A stretch of DNA of 62,930 nt, filler included, from Octopus bimaculoides (lineage: Eukaryota): NCBI RefSeq assembly GCF_001194135.2. It is 5 parts of 5 records of this genome, joined end to end, with 100 filler letters (N's around TTAATTAATTAA, not from the genome) between each part and the next. Parts side by side here need not be neighbours in the genome. Positions count along the whole stretch, not along the records: positions 1 to 25,756 come from NC_068984.1; positions 25,857 to 44,367 come from NC_068997.1; 3 more parts are not named here. One strand, given 5' to 3'. Made by a program: the position numbers and the translations under genes. The notes under the pieces are model-generated. The model ran no database searches. It worked only from the letters and a program-made list of their open reading frames with translations, and had not been told where the DNA came from. Below, piece after piece: positions 12,697 through 25,857 of the stretch (position 1 is the stretch's first letter; every line of letters begins with the position of its first letter).

Positions 12697-13735
12697 CATA
12701 TTATGTATTATGTATGCATGCATGTATGTATGTATGTATGCATGTATGTATGTATATGTGTGTTTATGTGTGAGTGTGTTTTAAAATGTTTTGAACACTT
12801 TATTGAAAATTTGTTTTCTTGAACATTTGATGAAGATAACCAAGCTTATATATATATGTACAAATATATTATAAACCACGAATTTTATATTATAAATATA
12901 TATTTTTGACATATAGCGCTTAGGCAATATCAATATTACTGTATCTACTCAGTGTTTCCAATGCAAGGCATAATCCAATTTATTTCTTAACGTTTACGAT
13001 AAACAGATAAATTACTTCTTTGATACAAAAAAAAAAAGAAAGAGCGAGAAAAAGAAAAATGAAAAAATGTTCATAAACCTTGATTATGTAGAACAAATAA
13101 AAGTTGACTCCAGCCAGAAGCAGTTTAATGAATTATAAATTTAATCCATCACCTGGCCGCCTGTCTATGAGTAGGCACTGCTCTTAGCTCTCTTTAATTC
13201 GTTTACTATTCCGATCTTTGAACTGAAAGCGTATTTCAAGAAATATATATAAATGATTTTTTTACAAAAATAAATCTGTTTTTTCCTATACTTAACTTAT
13301 AATTATATTTTCTTTGTTTATTCTGTTCTTTCTCAATCAGCTTTCAGTGAAAGTTACCTGCCTTCTGTATTGCTTACATACTAATGTGATAATTGTTAAT
13401 CCCGCTCTGTCTCTCTTCCCCACCTTTGTCTGTCTCTCTATACCTCACTCTGTAACTTTCTCTCTGTCCCTCTCTTTATCTTTATCTTTTTTCTATCGTC
13501 AACCTTTCGACAATCCTCTTATCGTTCTCCATTCTGTCTCGTTTTCAGTCAAGTGTAGAATAAATAAGAGAGAAGAAACCAGAATATATCTGTCATCGAA
13601 AATAGAGCATATCCTTACTACTTCAAATAAACTATTTCGTAATGGGTTGACACTGAAAAATGATGACGGGAACAACAAAATATCAGTTCTTTCACGCTGG
13701 TAATATAAATTCTTCTTAGAGGGAGTCTATATTGA

Positions 13736-14131
13736 TACTCTCTTTACTCTTTTACTTGTTTCAGTCATTTGACTGCGGCCATGCTGGAGCACCGCCTTTA
13801 GTCGAATCAAATCGACCTCAGGACTTATTCTTTGTAAGCCTAATACTTATTCTATCGGTCACTTTTTGCCGAACCGCTAAGTTACGGGGACCTAAACACA
13901 CCAGCATCGGTTGTCAAGTGATGGTCGGGGGACAAACACAGACACACAGACATATATATATACATATATACGATGGGCTTCTTTCAGTTTCCGTCTACCA
14001 AATCCACTCACAAGGCTTTGGTCGGCCCGAGGCTATAGCAGAAGACACTTGCCCAAGGTGCCACGCAGTGGGACTGAACCCGGAACCATGTGGCTGGTAA
14101 GCAAGCTACTTACCACACAGCCACTCCTGCG
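13736..14131 (-). mobile_element. tRNA-derived CORE-like SINE family B (octopus OR-type)
   Basis: Minus strand has A box tggctgtgtggt, B box ggttcagtccc and the CORE motif accttgggcaagt also found in MIR, then an internal TA/CA microsatellite and a (gtaaaaga)n tail. Confidence 0.9.
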
Positions 14132-14339
14132 ATAATTTACTTTCTTCCAATCTTTTTTCATTATACGAAGCAAATTCTTATTCTACAATAGATTCCACTA
14201 AAAAAATGTATTGATGCAAAGAAAAGGTACGAAATTGATCGGCACATTCCCGAACACCTCTATTCCACCTTTGTTCCATCCCCACTATCTTTATCATTTC
14301 AGTAGCTGTTATAGTACCCTCTGTTCTCCAGAGCTTACT

Positions 14340-15215
14340 GGTCTCGTCCTACATAAACTAATGAACTTCCAGTTCATATGCTTCTGAACCTCACGTTATT
14401 AGTATTTTGGATCCTCTCTAGGCTTGGCACCGGCTACTATGTAAAAATTCAAGGTATACAACGCCTTTTCCTTAACCTTCCAAACCTGGACGGTGTTTAT
14501 TTCGAATGTCTCAAAGATAATGAAAATAACCATTAACAATGACTTTCTATATCACACCTTGAGTTTCTGTCCTCAATGATCACCAGTATGGCTTCCATAA
14601 TGTGAGATCTACAAGAGACCTACTATTTTGTGGGCTGTTGCCTTTTAGAAACATAGGAAAATCAATGATGTTGCCCTCGACAGCAAATACACTTCTGACA
14701 AGGACCTGCATTTGAATCTCCTGTTAAAATTTAAAACTCAATCCGTCTCCCATCTTTCTTGGAATGGTAGCTTTCGATTAGATCGCAACAACGTGATACG
14801 CCCTTCTGGAGCTCTGTCTGTCTCACGCCCACACTTATCAACTCTGGCGTACCCCAGGATTCAGTCCTGATCTCATCCACAATCTATCCTCTCTACATCA
14901 ATGAAATTTTTGCCGTCGCGTCCGACGACTGCACCCCAAATCTAATACAAATGATACTGCTCTTCATTCTTTGGAGACAGTTTTGTCTCGTACAACTTCT
15001 ACTCAGACACCTTCAAGTCATTCTCCTCCTTCTTTCGCCATCCATGTTTGCTGAACTCCTAAACCCTGGCTAATACTAACTCTCTCTCCTACCTCCCTCA
15101 GAACGTTGACCTTCTGGAATTCCTTGCTGCTAATATCGTTCCTGCAATCATAACCGTGCAACAATTTAAGCGGAATGTTAACAGTATTAAGTTTGACAGA
15201 TCTTGAAATGCCTGC
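14340..15215 (+). mobile_element. Degraded CR1/L2-like LINE RT and 3' end
   Basis: NSGVPQDSVL, LYINE..SDDCT, and a C-terminal WNSL..NIVPAIITVQQFKRNVNSI. Frameshifted. Confidence 0.75.
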
Positions 15216-15924
15216 GAAAGCAGAAGATATTGCTCCTTTCTCCAAACCTACAAATTAAAAAAGAAAATTGATGTAACTATAACAAAACAGATAGAAGACT
15301 TGAATCAAATTCATTGTTTAGTTTTATCAAATTGCTTTCATTTCTATGAATTGATAACGTGAGCACCATTTGATAACATAAGTACCTGATTAAATTTCCA
15401 CCGATTGTATTCCGTCAGTTGAAATATTTGGGTTTGCTTCTATATCAGAAACCATATTATAATTCGCTATCCAATACAGTTTGGCTATGCTAATCAGAAA
15501 CCAATCCTATTAAATGTTTACAACAATCTATTTCAACAGAAATATTTCTAAGACATCATCAAAAGATCAGATTTATATTTCTTAAGCGCAAAGAGATTTT
15601 TTCCTTTTGAAGCTTTCAATCCAGTTTTATTTATAGTTTAACAACGATTTTTCAAACAAACTCTCATCAAACAGTGACCTACGCAGACAGTATATCATAC
15701 GCTCACAATAACGTTCAAATAACATGAATATTGCAAGCTTGGTTGTGTGATTTACATGGGTATGCTACAAATATGATTCCAGATTACATCAGATTGCATC
15801 TCTCTTGGGCAGGTATTTTTTACCAGTCTTCGGTTAATAGATGCTTTGTTATTTGAATTTGGGTAGTTGATCAATTATGTATTCGACTTCGCTTTTCATT
15901 TGCTTCGGAGTTACTATTTAAATG

Positions 15925-16140
15925 ATGGTTTAAAATTTTGGCACAAGAACAGCCTATACGGGTGCGGAGTTAAGTAGATTACATCGACCCTAGTGTTCAA
16001 AGGGTACTTATTTTATCTATTCTAAAAGGATGACATGCAAAGTCGACCTTGATGGAATTTGAACTCAGAACGTAAAAATGGACGAAATGCCTCTAAGCAT
16101 TTTGTCCGGCGTGCAAACGATTCTGCCAGGTCACCACCTT
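15925..16140 (-). mobile_element. SINE family A copy
   Basis: Reverse complement of the family A consensus seen elsewhere in the window. Confidence 0.85.
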
Positions 16141-16940
16141 GACTTTCAATTTAATAATTGCTTAGGTAAACGTTGGTTAGCTGGTTGGTTAGTTGGTTTC
16201 TTTAGTCAAATTTTACATCGTATAGAGAGAGGTACAGAAAACCTGTAAAAGAGAAACATAGAGAGAATTAACACAGGAGGTGCAGGGGGAGTGTCATAAC
16301 TTTCTGAAAAATACAGATTTTTTTTTAAATGAAATTTTGCAGCGATAAATTTTCAGAGGAGTAGGTTACGACTATGTTGATAAAATTTAGAAAAAGAACA
16401 ACAACGTATGTTTATTGCAAATATGCATATGAGAAATTTGTTATATCTAATTATATTTTAAAGTAATAAATATTTTTCGTTTGAGAAATTAATATTTGTA
16501 TATAATTACCTAGAAAATTTATAAAAGTTAAATTATAATTCTTGTATGAATGCCATATTTTCTAATATTCTCTGCAGTGACAAAAGTATGTTTTCCACGT
16601 TACTCATATGACGAGTAACATCGTAGTCAATAAAATAAAGAATATATCCTTTGCCTATAAACATGTCCTTGCGCTTAAACAGAAGTAATTAATAATGTTT
16701 TGTGTTTAGTATATTATTTAGCTTCAAGCTTCTATATTTTGAATTTTAATAGTATCGATGTTAACTTCATCGTTCCCGCAACTCGCTTCCAACGACTTTA
16801 CCATAATTCAATATAGCCTGACCTTGTTTTTAGTACAAAAATCAATACTACTTTCAGTGAAATAGAAACAAAAAGAATCAAGAATCGATAAAAAAATATT
16901 TCTTAATGATTTTCTTTTAATGAAATTTCTCTTCTTTTAG

Positions 16941-17126
16941 CATTTATGATTCCTCTTCCTTTACGTGAATGCTACAAAGTCACAAGGAGAGATTGTATGC
17001 TTGAGAAAGATACCTCAGTGGAGTATCGCTCAATAGCAATGCTTCAACAATTACCAAGATTCAAAACGTCTACCAAGCAGAAAAAAGGATTCAGTGTGAA
17101 AATTCAAAATTCAATAGAAAAACACG
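16941..17126 (+). CDS. Candidate internal exon of an unknown small protein
   Basis: Acceptor tttctcttcttttag and donor G|gtaaat. 186 nt, open only in phase 1: FMIPLPLRECYKVTRRDCMLEKDTSVEYRSIAMLQQLPRFKTSTKQKKGFSVKIQNSIEKH. No family recognised. Confidence 0.35.
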
Positions 17127-18754
17127 GTAAATATATTTTTCATTGATTTATGTCTTCCACTTCTAAAAGAAAGTAAGCCTTACATGTCAAAAATCTCGCG
17201 TTGAATAGGAATTATATGCTATGACGATTTATAATATTTTCTAATCATTTATAATCTTGTGTGAATCTAGTATTCGAATTTTCTTTATCTCTAGTGTTTG
17301 TTATATGAATTATGTCTTTTGCTGAAAAGTATGAGCGATACATATATACTTCGGCATCCTCAGTATTGATATCATGGATATTTGACATAGTTCACTGCCA
17401 AAAGCTATTAGGAGCAGTCAAACAATATCTGTTGACGGTGCACGATTAACCTTTCTGATTAATCTAGCTTATGCAAAACTGCACGCACAAATGTGAAATT
17501 CTTACTCAGCCGTGTTTCAGTGTTTTGCACAGCAACTGGAATATCAATAAAGCAACTTGATCGAGGCGAACCAAAAACGGTTTCTTGTTGTCTGACACTC
17601 TATCGCGTCGAACAACTGGGACTGCAAAGAAATGAAAATGAATGTGCAAACGAAAGTTTGTAATTCAGCACGTTTTTTCATAAATAAATAAATAAGTAAA
17701 TAAATTCACTTGTCAGATCATTTTAAATTTTGATTTAATAATTGGTACTAACCGAGTTGGATTAAGAAAAATGTTTTCGTGTTAACAAACGAAAAATTGA
17801 AATAGGTCATCGGATCTTGAAAAAGTAATAGAAATGAGTATTTAAAAATTTGTCTTAAGGTAAATTAACTTTAGAGAGCAATTAAGATATTTTCATCTTT
17901 AAATTATTTGAGATAATTATTTTTCAGATTTCCCGAGAGATTTTTTTGCTAAAACAAAAACGAAAAAACATTGATCCATCCCATTTTTTTTATTAATTCA
18001 TTCTTTGACTTGACATAGAATATTACCACCACTATTATCAGGATGCAAATGAGTGAAAGTACAATTAAGGCTCTTTGATGATAATTAGTTGAACAGTCCT
18101 GCGGTTAAATGTTCTTTTTTCTTTTTAGTTTTCTTACTTCAAGCGAATCCTATTAATTTTTTTCTCGGTATACAAAATAATAAAAGAAAATAGAGAAAAT
18201 AAAAAAGAAAGCTTTCTATTCTTACGCAAACTATTCATTTATTGGTGGAAAATGATCTGGGGCGAAGAAAAGGCTACCGAAAAGGCATTTTTGTTGTGTT
18301 CTTGAAAGAAGTATTAAACTTAAAAATTGCTAAGAGAGAAATCTTTTAGCTAATAAATGACATCGTTTATCAATTCCTAATAAGTATGACTGACCATAAT
18401 AAAGTATTTACTTGTCATACTTAATTAAGCTGCTGGAGAGAAAGCGGGCAATTAATCAATTAATGTCTAATTTATGATTAACCCCTTCTCGGACTAACTA
18501 TTTCCCCTAAAGCTTTTCATTTTCAATCAATTTCTTTTTTTACTTAAAATAAAAAAGGTTTTTCTTATTATTGCTGAAAATTTCTTTCTATTCAATATTT
18601 TATGATTTCCTCAGAAATACATGATGCACAGCTTAAACTCATTCTCGCCATCATGCGGTATCTCATTTTAATTTCAACACGCGTTTTATAATTATAATCA
18701 TAAGGTTCCAGTAAAGAATTTTAGTGATTATTAATTTAAGAAGTAAATTTAAGT

Positions 18755-18945
18755 TACCTTTTACTTGTTTAAGTCATTAGACTGCGACCATGCTGAAGCA
18801 CCGTCTTGAAAAGTTTTAGTCGAACAAATAAACGCCAGTACTTATGCAATCGTTTTTTTATCGACCTGCTAAATTACGGGGGCATAATCACATCAACATC
18901 GGTTGTAAAGCGGTGGTGGGGACAAACAGACGCAAAGACACATAC
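18755..18945 (-). mobile_element. SINE family B 3' fragment
   Basis: ttttacttgtttaagtcattagactgcgaccatgctgaagcaccg...gggacaaacag matches 13736-13950. Further 5' fragments at 19661-19760 and 21040-21180. Confidence 0.8.
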
Positions 18946-18952
18946 ACACGTA

Positions 18953-19003
<51 letters not shown>

Positions 19004-19022
19004 ACACATATATATATATATA

Positions 19023-19452
19023 AAGTAATAGTTATTGCCACTTAAACATGGCTGTTCCGTAGGAACTGACGTTATTACCGTTTTAACGCCAGGGAGACAT
19101 CTCCAGATGGTTATTCGAGGCAACCTGTACCCGATATATATTGCAAGCAAGAGTGAACCCCAACCATCTTCCAGCCACGAGACCACCAGACCGTACGGTT
19201 TCGAGCTCTTTGTACTCATCCTCGGTGGTGGAAAATCTCTATAAGAGATGAAAACAGCAATTATACTGAGAAGATATGGTTATCACCAATTAAACATAGG
19301 TGTTCCGTACGAACTGATGCTACTACCATTTTAACCACAAGAGGACGCCTCCTCCAGCTGGTTATTTCATGCAATCTGCACCCTGGGGTTAAAATTGTAG
19401 TAACGTCGGTTCCTATGGAACAACCATGTTTAAGTGGTGATAACTATTACTT
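19023..19452. mobile_element. MITE-like element with about 72-bp imperfect TIRs and an internal third TIR copy
   Basis: aagtaatagttattgccacttaaacatggctgttccgtaggaactgacg... is inverted at 19381-19452 and appears as a direct diverged copy at about 19280-19345. Confidence 0.75.
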
Positions 19453-19935
19453 CTCAGTATTGTTACTGCTTTCATCTTTTATAGAGATTTTCTAACTAGC
19501 TAATTCACTTGCTATATATATATATATATATATATATATNNNNNNNNNNNNNNNNNNNNNNNNNNNNNNNNNNNNNNNNNNNNNNNNNNNNNNNNNNNNN
19601 NNNNNNNNNNNNNNNNNNNNNNNNNNNNNNNNNNNNNNNNNNNNNNNNNNNNNNNNNNNNCGAGGCTATACTAGAAAACACTCACCACGCAGTGGAATTG
19701 AATCTAGAACCATATAGTTGGGAAAGCTTCTTATCACACAGCTACGCCTGCGCCTGCGTTATATAGATTCTAAAAAGGAAATTTTTTTTATAGAAATTTA
19801 GGGCCTATACATGCTTTAAGGCAGGCGTGGAGGTGTTGGTTATTCCCAAAGATTTCTATAACTTTGGGTTTATATTTCAGTTGTCTGGAACTACCTAAAT
19901 TTTGTTTTGCTCATATAACTTTCTTTTCTTTTCAG

Positions 19936-19979
19936 ATGTCAAAGACAATTCATATCTCTTCCATTTCGAATTATTCTAG
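19936..19979 (+). CDS. Candidate terminal exon phase-compatible with 16941-17126
   Basis: Strong acceptor actttcttttcttttcag. Phase 1 reads (D)VKDNSYLFHFELF*. Confidence 0.3.
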
Positions 19980-20460
19980 ATTTCATTGATCTCATGGGAG
20001 ATGCTGGAAAGAACTAGACGAGAAGAAAGAAAGAAACAAACAAACAATTCAGACCTCAATGCATAACAAGAAAATTATTATGAAAGTCGATATCGGGAAG
20101 ATAAGCATCTAGACTAAAAGTGTAATTTCATGATAGCGACACGAAATAGGGTCATGTATGTTAAGCGAGGGGACTGTTATAAGGACATGGAATTGCCATT
20201 TTTTCTGAAAGGCAACATTTTTTTTTTTAATGCTGACAACACAAAAATCCAATGTTTTTTTTTCTTATAGATAACTGCCATAACGATTTATCGAATCCAT
20301 TACACAGAAAAAATTGCTTTTACTATTTTTATTCTCTTGGTTGTATCAAGTAAACATGAACCGGTTACTACATGAAATAGGTACCACGTTATCTATAATA
20401 AAGCAAAAATCCTTAATGATTAAAGACAAAATAATATCAAAACATTTCCTTATCTGATTC

Positions 20461-20504
<44 letters not shown>

Positions 20505-21230
20505 NNNNNNNNNNNNNNNNNNNNNNNNNNNNNNNNNNNNNNNNNNNNNNNNNNNNNNNNNNNNNNNNNNNNNNNNNNNNNNNNNNNNNNNNNNNNNNNN
20601 NNNNNNNNNNNNNNNNNNNNNNNNNNNNNNNNNNNNNNNNNNNNNNNNNNNNNNNNNNNNNNNNNNNNNNNNNNNNNNNNNNNNNNNNNNNNNNNNNNNN
20701 NNNNNNNNNNNNNNNNNNNNNNNNNNNNNNNNNNNNNNNNNNNNNNNNNNNNNNNNNNNNNNNNNNNNNNNNNNNNNNNNNNNNNNNNNNNNNNNNNNNN
20801 NNNNNNNNNNNNNNNNNNNNNNNNNNNNNNNNNNNNNNNNNNNNNNNNNNNNNNNNNNNNNNNNNNNNNNNNNNNNNNNNNNNNNNNNNNNNNNNNNNNN
20901 NNNNNNNNNNNNNNNNNNNNNNNNNNNNNNNNNNNNNNNNNNNNNNNNNNNNNNNNNNNNNNNNNNNNNNNNNNNNAAGAGGGATAAGTTTATGATCAAA
21001 ATTATTACTTTGATGCTCATACACACACACACTCACACACACACAATAACGGCTTCTTAAGTTTCTATCTATCAAATCCACTCAAAGGTTTGGTCATCCC
21101 GAAGCAATAATAAGTGCCATGCATTGGGGCTGAACTCGGAACCATGTAGTTGGAAGCAATCTTCTTCTTACACAGCCTCGTTTGCATCTTGGTGATGTTG
21201 ATGCTATTGCTGTTGTTGTTATTATTATCA

Positions 21231-21450
21231 AAGGTGGCAAGCTGGCAGGGTCTTTAGCACACCGAACAAATTGCTTAGCGGCATTTTGTCCGTTTTACCT
21301 TTAGAGTTCAAATTCTGCCGAGGTCGATTTCGTCTTTCATACTTTCGGGATCAATGAAACAAGTATTAATTGAACACTGAGGTCAATATAATCGACTTAC
21401 CCTTTCCCACAGGGTTTGAGCCTTGTGTCTATAGTAGAAAGGATTATTAT
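21231..21450 (+). mobile_element. SINE family A copy with (ATT)n on both sides
   Basis: aaaggtggcaagctggcag...gtagaaaggattattatt. Confidence 0.85.
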
Positions 21451-21559
21451 TAGGGTGGAGACACAATACTTAGCGGCACGTCTTACAGAGAAAGGGAGAA
21501 GGCTTTCAATAAAACACAGTAAAAGTACCGGAGGACCTGAAGTTAGTAACGTTGCTATT

Positions 21560-22790
21560 AGATAGATGTCGGAAAATGAGTTTCCCACACGACGTTGGGC
21601 ACCCTAGCATTACAGTCTCGGACAGGCTACTTCATGGTTTCCTCAATGACTCTTACACAGAGAAGGGCCTTTGAGACAGTCTATTGCCTACTGAAAGCCC
21701 ATTAGGACACGTGGCACTCTTTTATTCGCACATTCCCTCCTACTAACATAACAACTTTAAGAGTGAGTTGCATAAATGTACGTGGCCTGGGATCACCGTG
21801 TTATCAGTGGTGCCTGCTCAATTGTCTCAGTTCACTAGCTGAGAAAGTGATAACTATCAGCGGAACATACGTGATATTTTTGATGATTTTGAGATCTATG
21901 CATCTCTGAACCGACCTAAAATGGGAAACGGAAAAGCAGCGTTGTTTTCGAAAGTTCTGGGTCCAGGGATACAGTTGATTTTCGTGGATCTGGACGTTGA
22001 GTTGATGGTCCTGGACGTGAACAATAGATAAAAGTTGCCTTCAGAATAGTAGCTGTTTTTGCCCCGATAAGAGCGGGGCAACCAGATTTCTTCAGACGTC
22101 TGAAGGTTTTCCTCATAAATTCCTACTCTTTAGTGTTAGCGGGAAACTGGAACGCCATCTTTGATGTACATTTGGATTGTGTTGGGCTAGCTAATAGGAG
22201 AATGTCTGACAGATACCGACTAAATTTCGTGAATGTTCGTGTGCACATGGGCACGAGCAAATAACATTGGATTTTCAGATTATATCTAGGCAAAAGTTGT
22301 TGTTGTAGGCCGAGCGATGGAGATACTGTAGATTGTGCACAGTTCAAATTGATCGGTTACATAAGCCACAAAATTGTGATTTCTGCAGTCAATCTAGATA
22401 AGCTTCTTAGGCAGGGATTCCGTTACTGAAAGCCGGACGCGTTACTCCTAGCCGACAAGCTTCAAGAGACCAGATTAGCGAATAAGTAAAAGTACAATAA
22501 ATGCTGATGAAATACGAAAAATGATAACGGGCAACAACAGACATCAGCGAAAGTTGGATAGTTTGCCCTACGAGTTTTATCGTCATATACCAAACTCGAT
22601 TGAAGGCGTATTGGTAGATGTCTACTGCAATAGGCAGCATAACGGGAGAATTGCGAGAATCCCCAGTCCTGCGAAACGAGATGTGGTGGTGCTCCTAAGT
22701 GTGAAACACAAAGAGGAAGTAGGGTATCGATCAATCTCCACTTCTGACGTGAAGATTCAACAAGCTCCAGATAATGTTATGGCAAAATGG
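21560..22790 (+). mobile_element. L1/Tx1-clade LINE remnant (APE endonuclease plus start of RT, internally deleted)
   Basis: LRVSCINVRGL; AFRIVAVFAP..GQPDFFRRLKVFL; GNWNAIFD; LDSLPYEFYRHIP..VLVDVYCN.Q.NGRI. Many stops and frameshifts. Confidence 0.85.
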
Positions 22791-23130
22791 TGAGTGATCC
22801 TTGATAGGGTGACATGCTCTCTGTAACTATTCTCTCCAAAAACGCTTCATCTTCATCGTTGGAGCAGTCGAGTGTGCGTTGACAAACCTCTGCTCGATTG
22901 CGCTTATTTGCTTCGGTAAGCTCTCTTGACACTCATCTGGTACAAACTTTACTGATATGAAGCTTGTTGTGGAGGATTTCGTCTGCAGAATCATAACAAT
23001 GCACGCTCACATACAGCCACCCACACCGTCGAAACCATGGTTTCGAGTTATTGGAACACTCTAGATACAGTCTAAGTCTCGCTTCTTCCGACTATCACCT
23101 CTTTGGCTCGTTCAAACATCTTTTATGAGT
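22790..23130 (-). mobile_element. Mariner transposase fragment
   Basis: GSADEILHNKLHISKVCTR*VSRELTEANKRNRAEVCQR...EAFLERIVT, the region around the mariner WVPR motif. Confidence 0.85.
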
Positions 23131-23139
23131 CGTCTGTAT

Positions 23140-23152
23140 AAGTTCTGTATAA

Positions 23153-23209
<57 letters not shown>

Positions 23210-23840
23210 TGAGAGACTAACGCTCTCACAGTTCGACCTCAACTATTTACTGTCTCATGTGTTTACAAGACTCATCCAGTCAACTGACAGTCACGTGCAG
23301 GGGTGTCAGTTCACTCCACAACATCTGCCCTTTTAAACTATACACTTCTCGGAGATTATGGGTGTACACGTTAATTAATTAATTTATTTTATCATTATTT
23401 CTTCCTCACATCTCCCCTTTTGAAAAATAAACCTCCGAACGGAGTTCAATACTTTTTCCTCTTTGGGTCAACCGTTAAAGGCTCTGGAAATTTCCTCATC
23501 CCAGTACTACTCAGAACGAGTGTGTCAATTTTATCTTGTAATTGTACTTCAAACATAGTGTACATAAAATTCATCGGTTTTTCAATTCTTTTAGTATTAT
23601 TCTCGGTGTATCTTTTTCGCAACTAGTTTGCATGTCTTTTGAAATCGAACCCTTGTTCTGTTGCGTTTTTTACCATATAGATCATTTTTCCAATTCTATT
23701 ACAAATAATACCGTCCTCCCATGATTGTTTTCTATATCTATGTCTTAAAAAGCACTTTTTCGCTTACTTGAAAATTTTTCGGCGTAGCGCTTTTGTCATT
23801 ATTGTTATTTCAAGTTTTTTCCTCTGCTTGACAGCAGTTT
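23140..23840 (-). mobile_element. Gypsy-type LTR retrotransposon 3' end (integrase C-terminus, PPT, 3' LTR)
   Basis: KNFQVSEKVLFK..WEDGIICNRIGKMIYMVK...KRHAN*LRKR...LTVDPKRKKY*. Polypurine tract aaaaggggaga (23411-23421) is immediately followed by TG (23410-23409). Confidence 0.8.
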
Positions 23841-23859
23841 GTCGAATTTGGACTTAACC

Positions 23860-23914
<55 letters not shown>

Positions 23915-24189
23915 AAGTAATAGTGAGTACTTACTAAGTTACTTACTATTTCTTTCTCTCTGTCGTTTACCTGCTCTGTTTCACACTTAAGATGAGTCTG
24001 GTGATTTCGGAAAGTTTTTTAGTTCGCCTGTCTCCCTTAATTTTTGGACAAATGTGTGTAGAAGATTCTTGCACTTAGTAGAAACCCACTTTTCTAGAAC
24101 CCACAGATACAGTAAAGTCTTTAACAGACACACGATTAAAATAACCTTTCTTTGTCCCCTAATGTTAAATCAATAAGCAACAGACGACT

Positions 24190-24640
24190 CAAGCCTGCCC
24201 TGGATGCACATGTAGAGACAATTCTAAGTGTCCTCTAGGGTAGAAATGCGTTGCTTATGAAGCAAAGGTATCAGCAAACTATGATCAGAAATCAAACAGA
24301 AATCAAACGTTATGTCGGAGCCATGGAAATAAGATTTAAAACCAGACATAACAACCATATTTCGAATTTTAGGCACCCTGATAAGCGATATTCAGCGACT
24401 CTTTCAACTTTAAACTAGAAACTTAAAGATAAAGGGAGCAGCTACATCAAATGGAAGATCTTCTCCAAAGTCAAACTATATTAACGGGTCCAAAATATGT
24501 TTAGAATATTCTGTTCAAAAACTATATACCTTAAAGAACTTGAGAACCTCCAGCGACTACATTAATTCCAGGAACGAGATTTTTTCTGTATGTCCACATT
24601 TTAAGAAATACATCCTGGCGGAATTTAAAAATAGGCCACC
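24190..24640 (+). mobile_element. Penelope-like element GIY-YIG 3' end
   Basis: YEAKV...YVGAMEIRFKTRHNNHISNFRHP...WKIFSKVK...INSRNEIFSVCPHFKKY. Same lineage as 1500-2260. Confidence 0.8.
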
Positions 24641-24886
24641 AGAAACAGAGTAAACCATTAATAAGTTGTTTATGTGTGTTTGATATTTGTTTACTGTAAA
24701 GTCGATTATGTTGCTTATGTTTTTCTTTTGTCTTCGTCCTTATCAGCACCCTTGTTTAAACACAATCTGCTTAAAAAAGCAACTGACGAGCGGTCTTGTT
24801 CTCAGCTTTAAAAATGGCGAAGTAAATTAATGCCTCGACCAGGAAACACGGGGTATTTGCATTTAACAAAACCTGTAGTTTTTATT

Positions 24887-24942
<56 letters not shown>

Positions 24943-25098
24943 NNNNNNNNNNNNNNNNNNNNNNNNNNNNNCACACACATGTATGTATGCATGTATATAT
25001 ACGCATTTATTTCTTTCTCTCTTTACTTTGCTTCTGCTTCTACTTTTTATGACCCTTACTTCTCCCACACTCTGCCTTTCCCCTTACCCTTCACCATC

Positions 25099-25143
<45 letters not shown>

Positions 25144-25722
25144 CCCTGACTTGTTCAATCATGCTCTTAGGCACGCTTCTACTTTCACGGCTGGATTCGT
25201 CTTATTTTTTCACCTTTCGTTCGATCTTTCTACCACCCTCTTTCAACCCATTTATATACCTTTCTATTTCTCTACGTTCCTTTTCAAGTTTTATAGCACA
25301 TCATTTTCCATTAGTGTTACTTTTACACATGTCCTGTCTTAATACTGCTTCATAGCTGAAAGTCCTTACATGCATGTATGTACCAACTACCTGTGACGTT
25401 TTCCATTCACTTGTTCCCATTCTATTAGCATTTATCGTTTATGTTCGCTCACTTATTCAAGCAGCTTTTTGATGTTGATGCTAAGAAAATGAACAATCTT
25501 ATCGATAATGGCGCAAAATTGACATGCTTTTGTCACAGTTTTGAATGTGATTTTTCTGTAGGTTCTTTTGTCGTCCTTCTGTGAAATCTTTCCCTCTTAT
25601 ATATATATGCATTTATATGTGCATACATTTATATGTGCATACATACATACGTACGTATGTATGTATGTATACATGTATATATATGCATGTGTATATTATA
25701 TATATATATGTATATGTATATA

Positions 25723-25753
<31 letters not shown>

Positions 25754-25800
25754 GTANNNNNNNNNNNNNNNNNNNNNNNNNNNNNNNNNNNNNNNNNNNN

Positions 25801-25812
25801 TTAATTAATTAA
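25801..25812. other. Synthetic assembly spacer TTAATTAATTAA (also 44412-44423, 50238-50249, 60143-60154)
   Basis: The same palindromic 12-mer, with stops in all six frames, sits each time in the middle of an N block (44 N on each side). Confidence 0.95.
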
Positions 25813-25857
25813 NNNNNNNNNNNNNNNNNNNNNNNNNNNNNNNNNNNNNNNNNNNNA

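Noticed and set aside
12333-12784. YI/VC/HT-rich ORFs here and at many other sites
   Set aside because: These are translations of TA, TG and CA microsatellites.
15018-15245. Minus-strand ORF with an apparently strong acceptor (GLEKGAISSAF...)
   Set aside because: It is the antisense of a LINE C-terminus, and the acceptor derives from A-rich sequence just past the LINE end.
16995-17025. LEKDTSV resembling the ATP6V1F VEKDT motif
   Set aside because: It is on the opposite strand to exon 1, and the flanking ATP6V1F motifs are absent.
25757-25856. TTAATTAATTAA recurring four times as a possible biological motif
   Set aside because: It is always centred in N44 blocks, so it is an assembly spacer. 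It also means segment order and adjacency are unverified.
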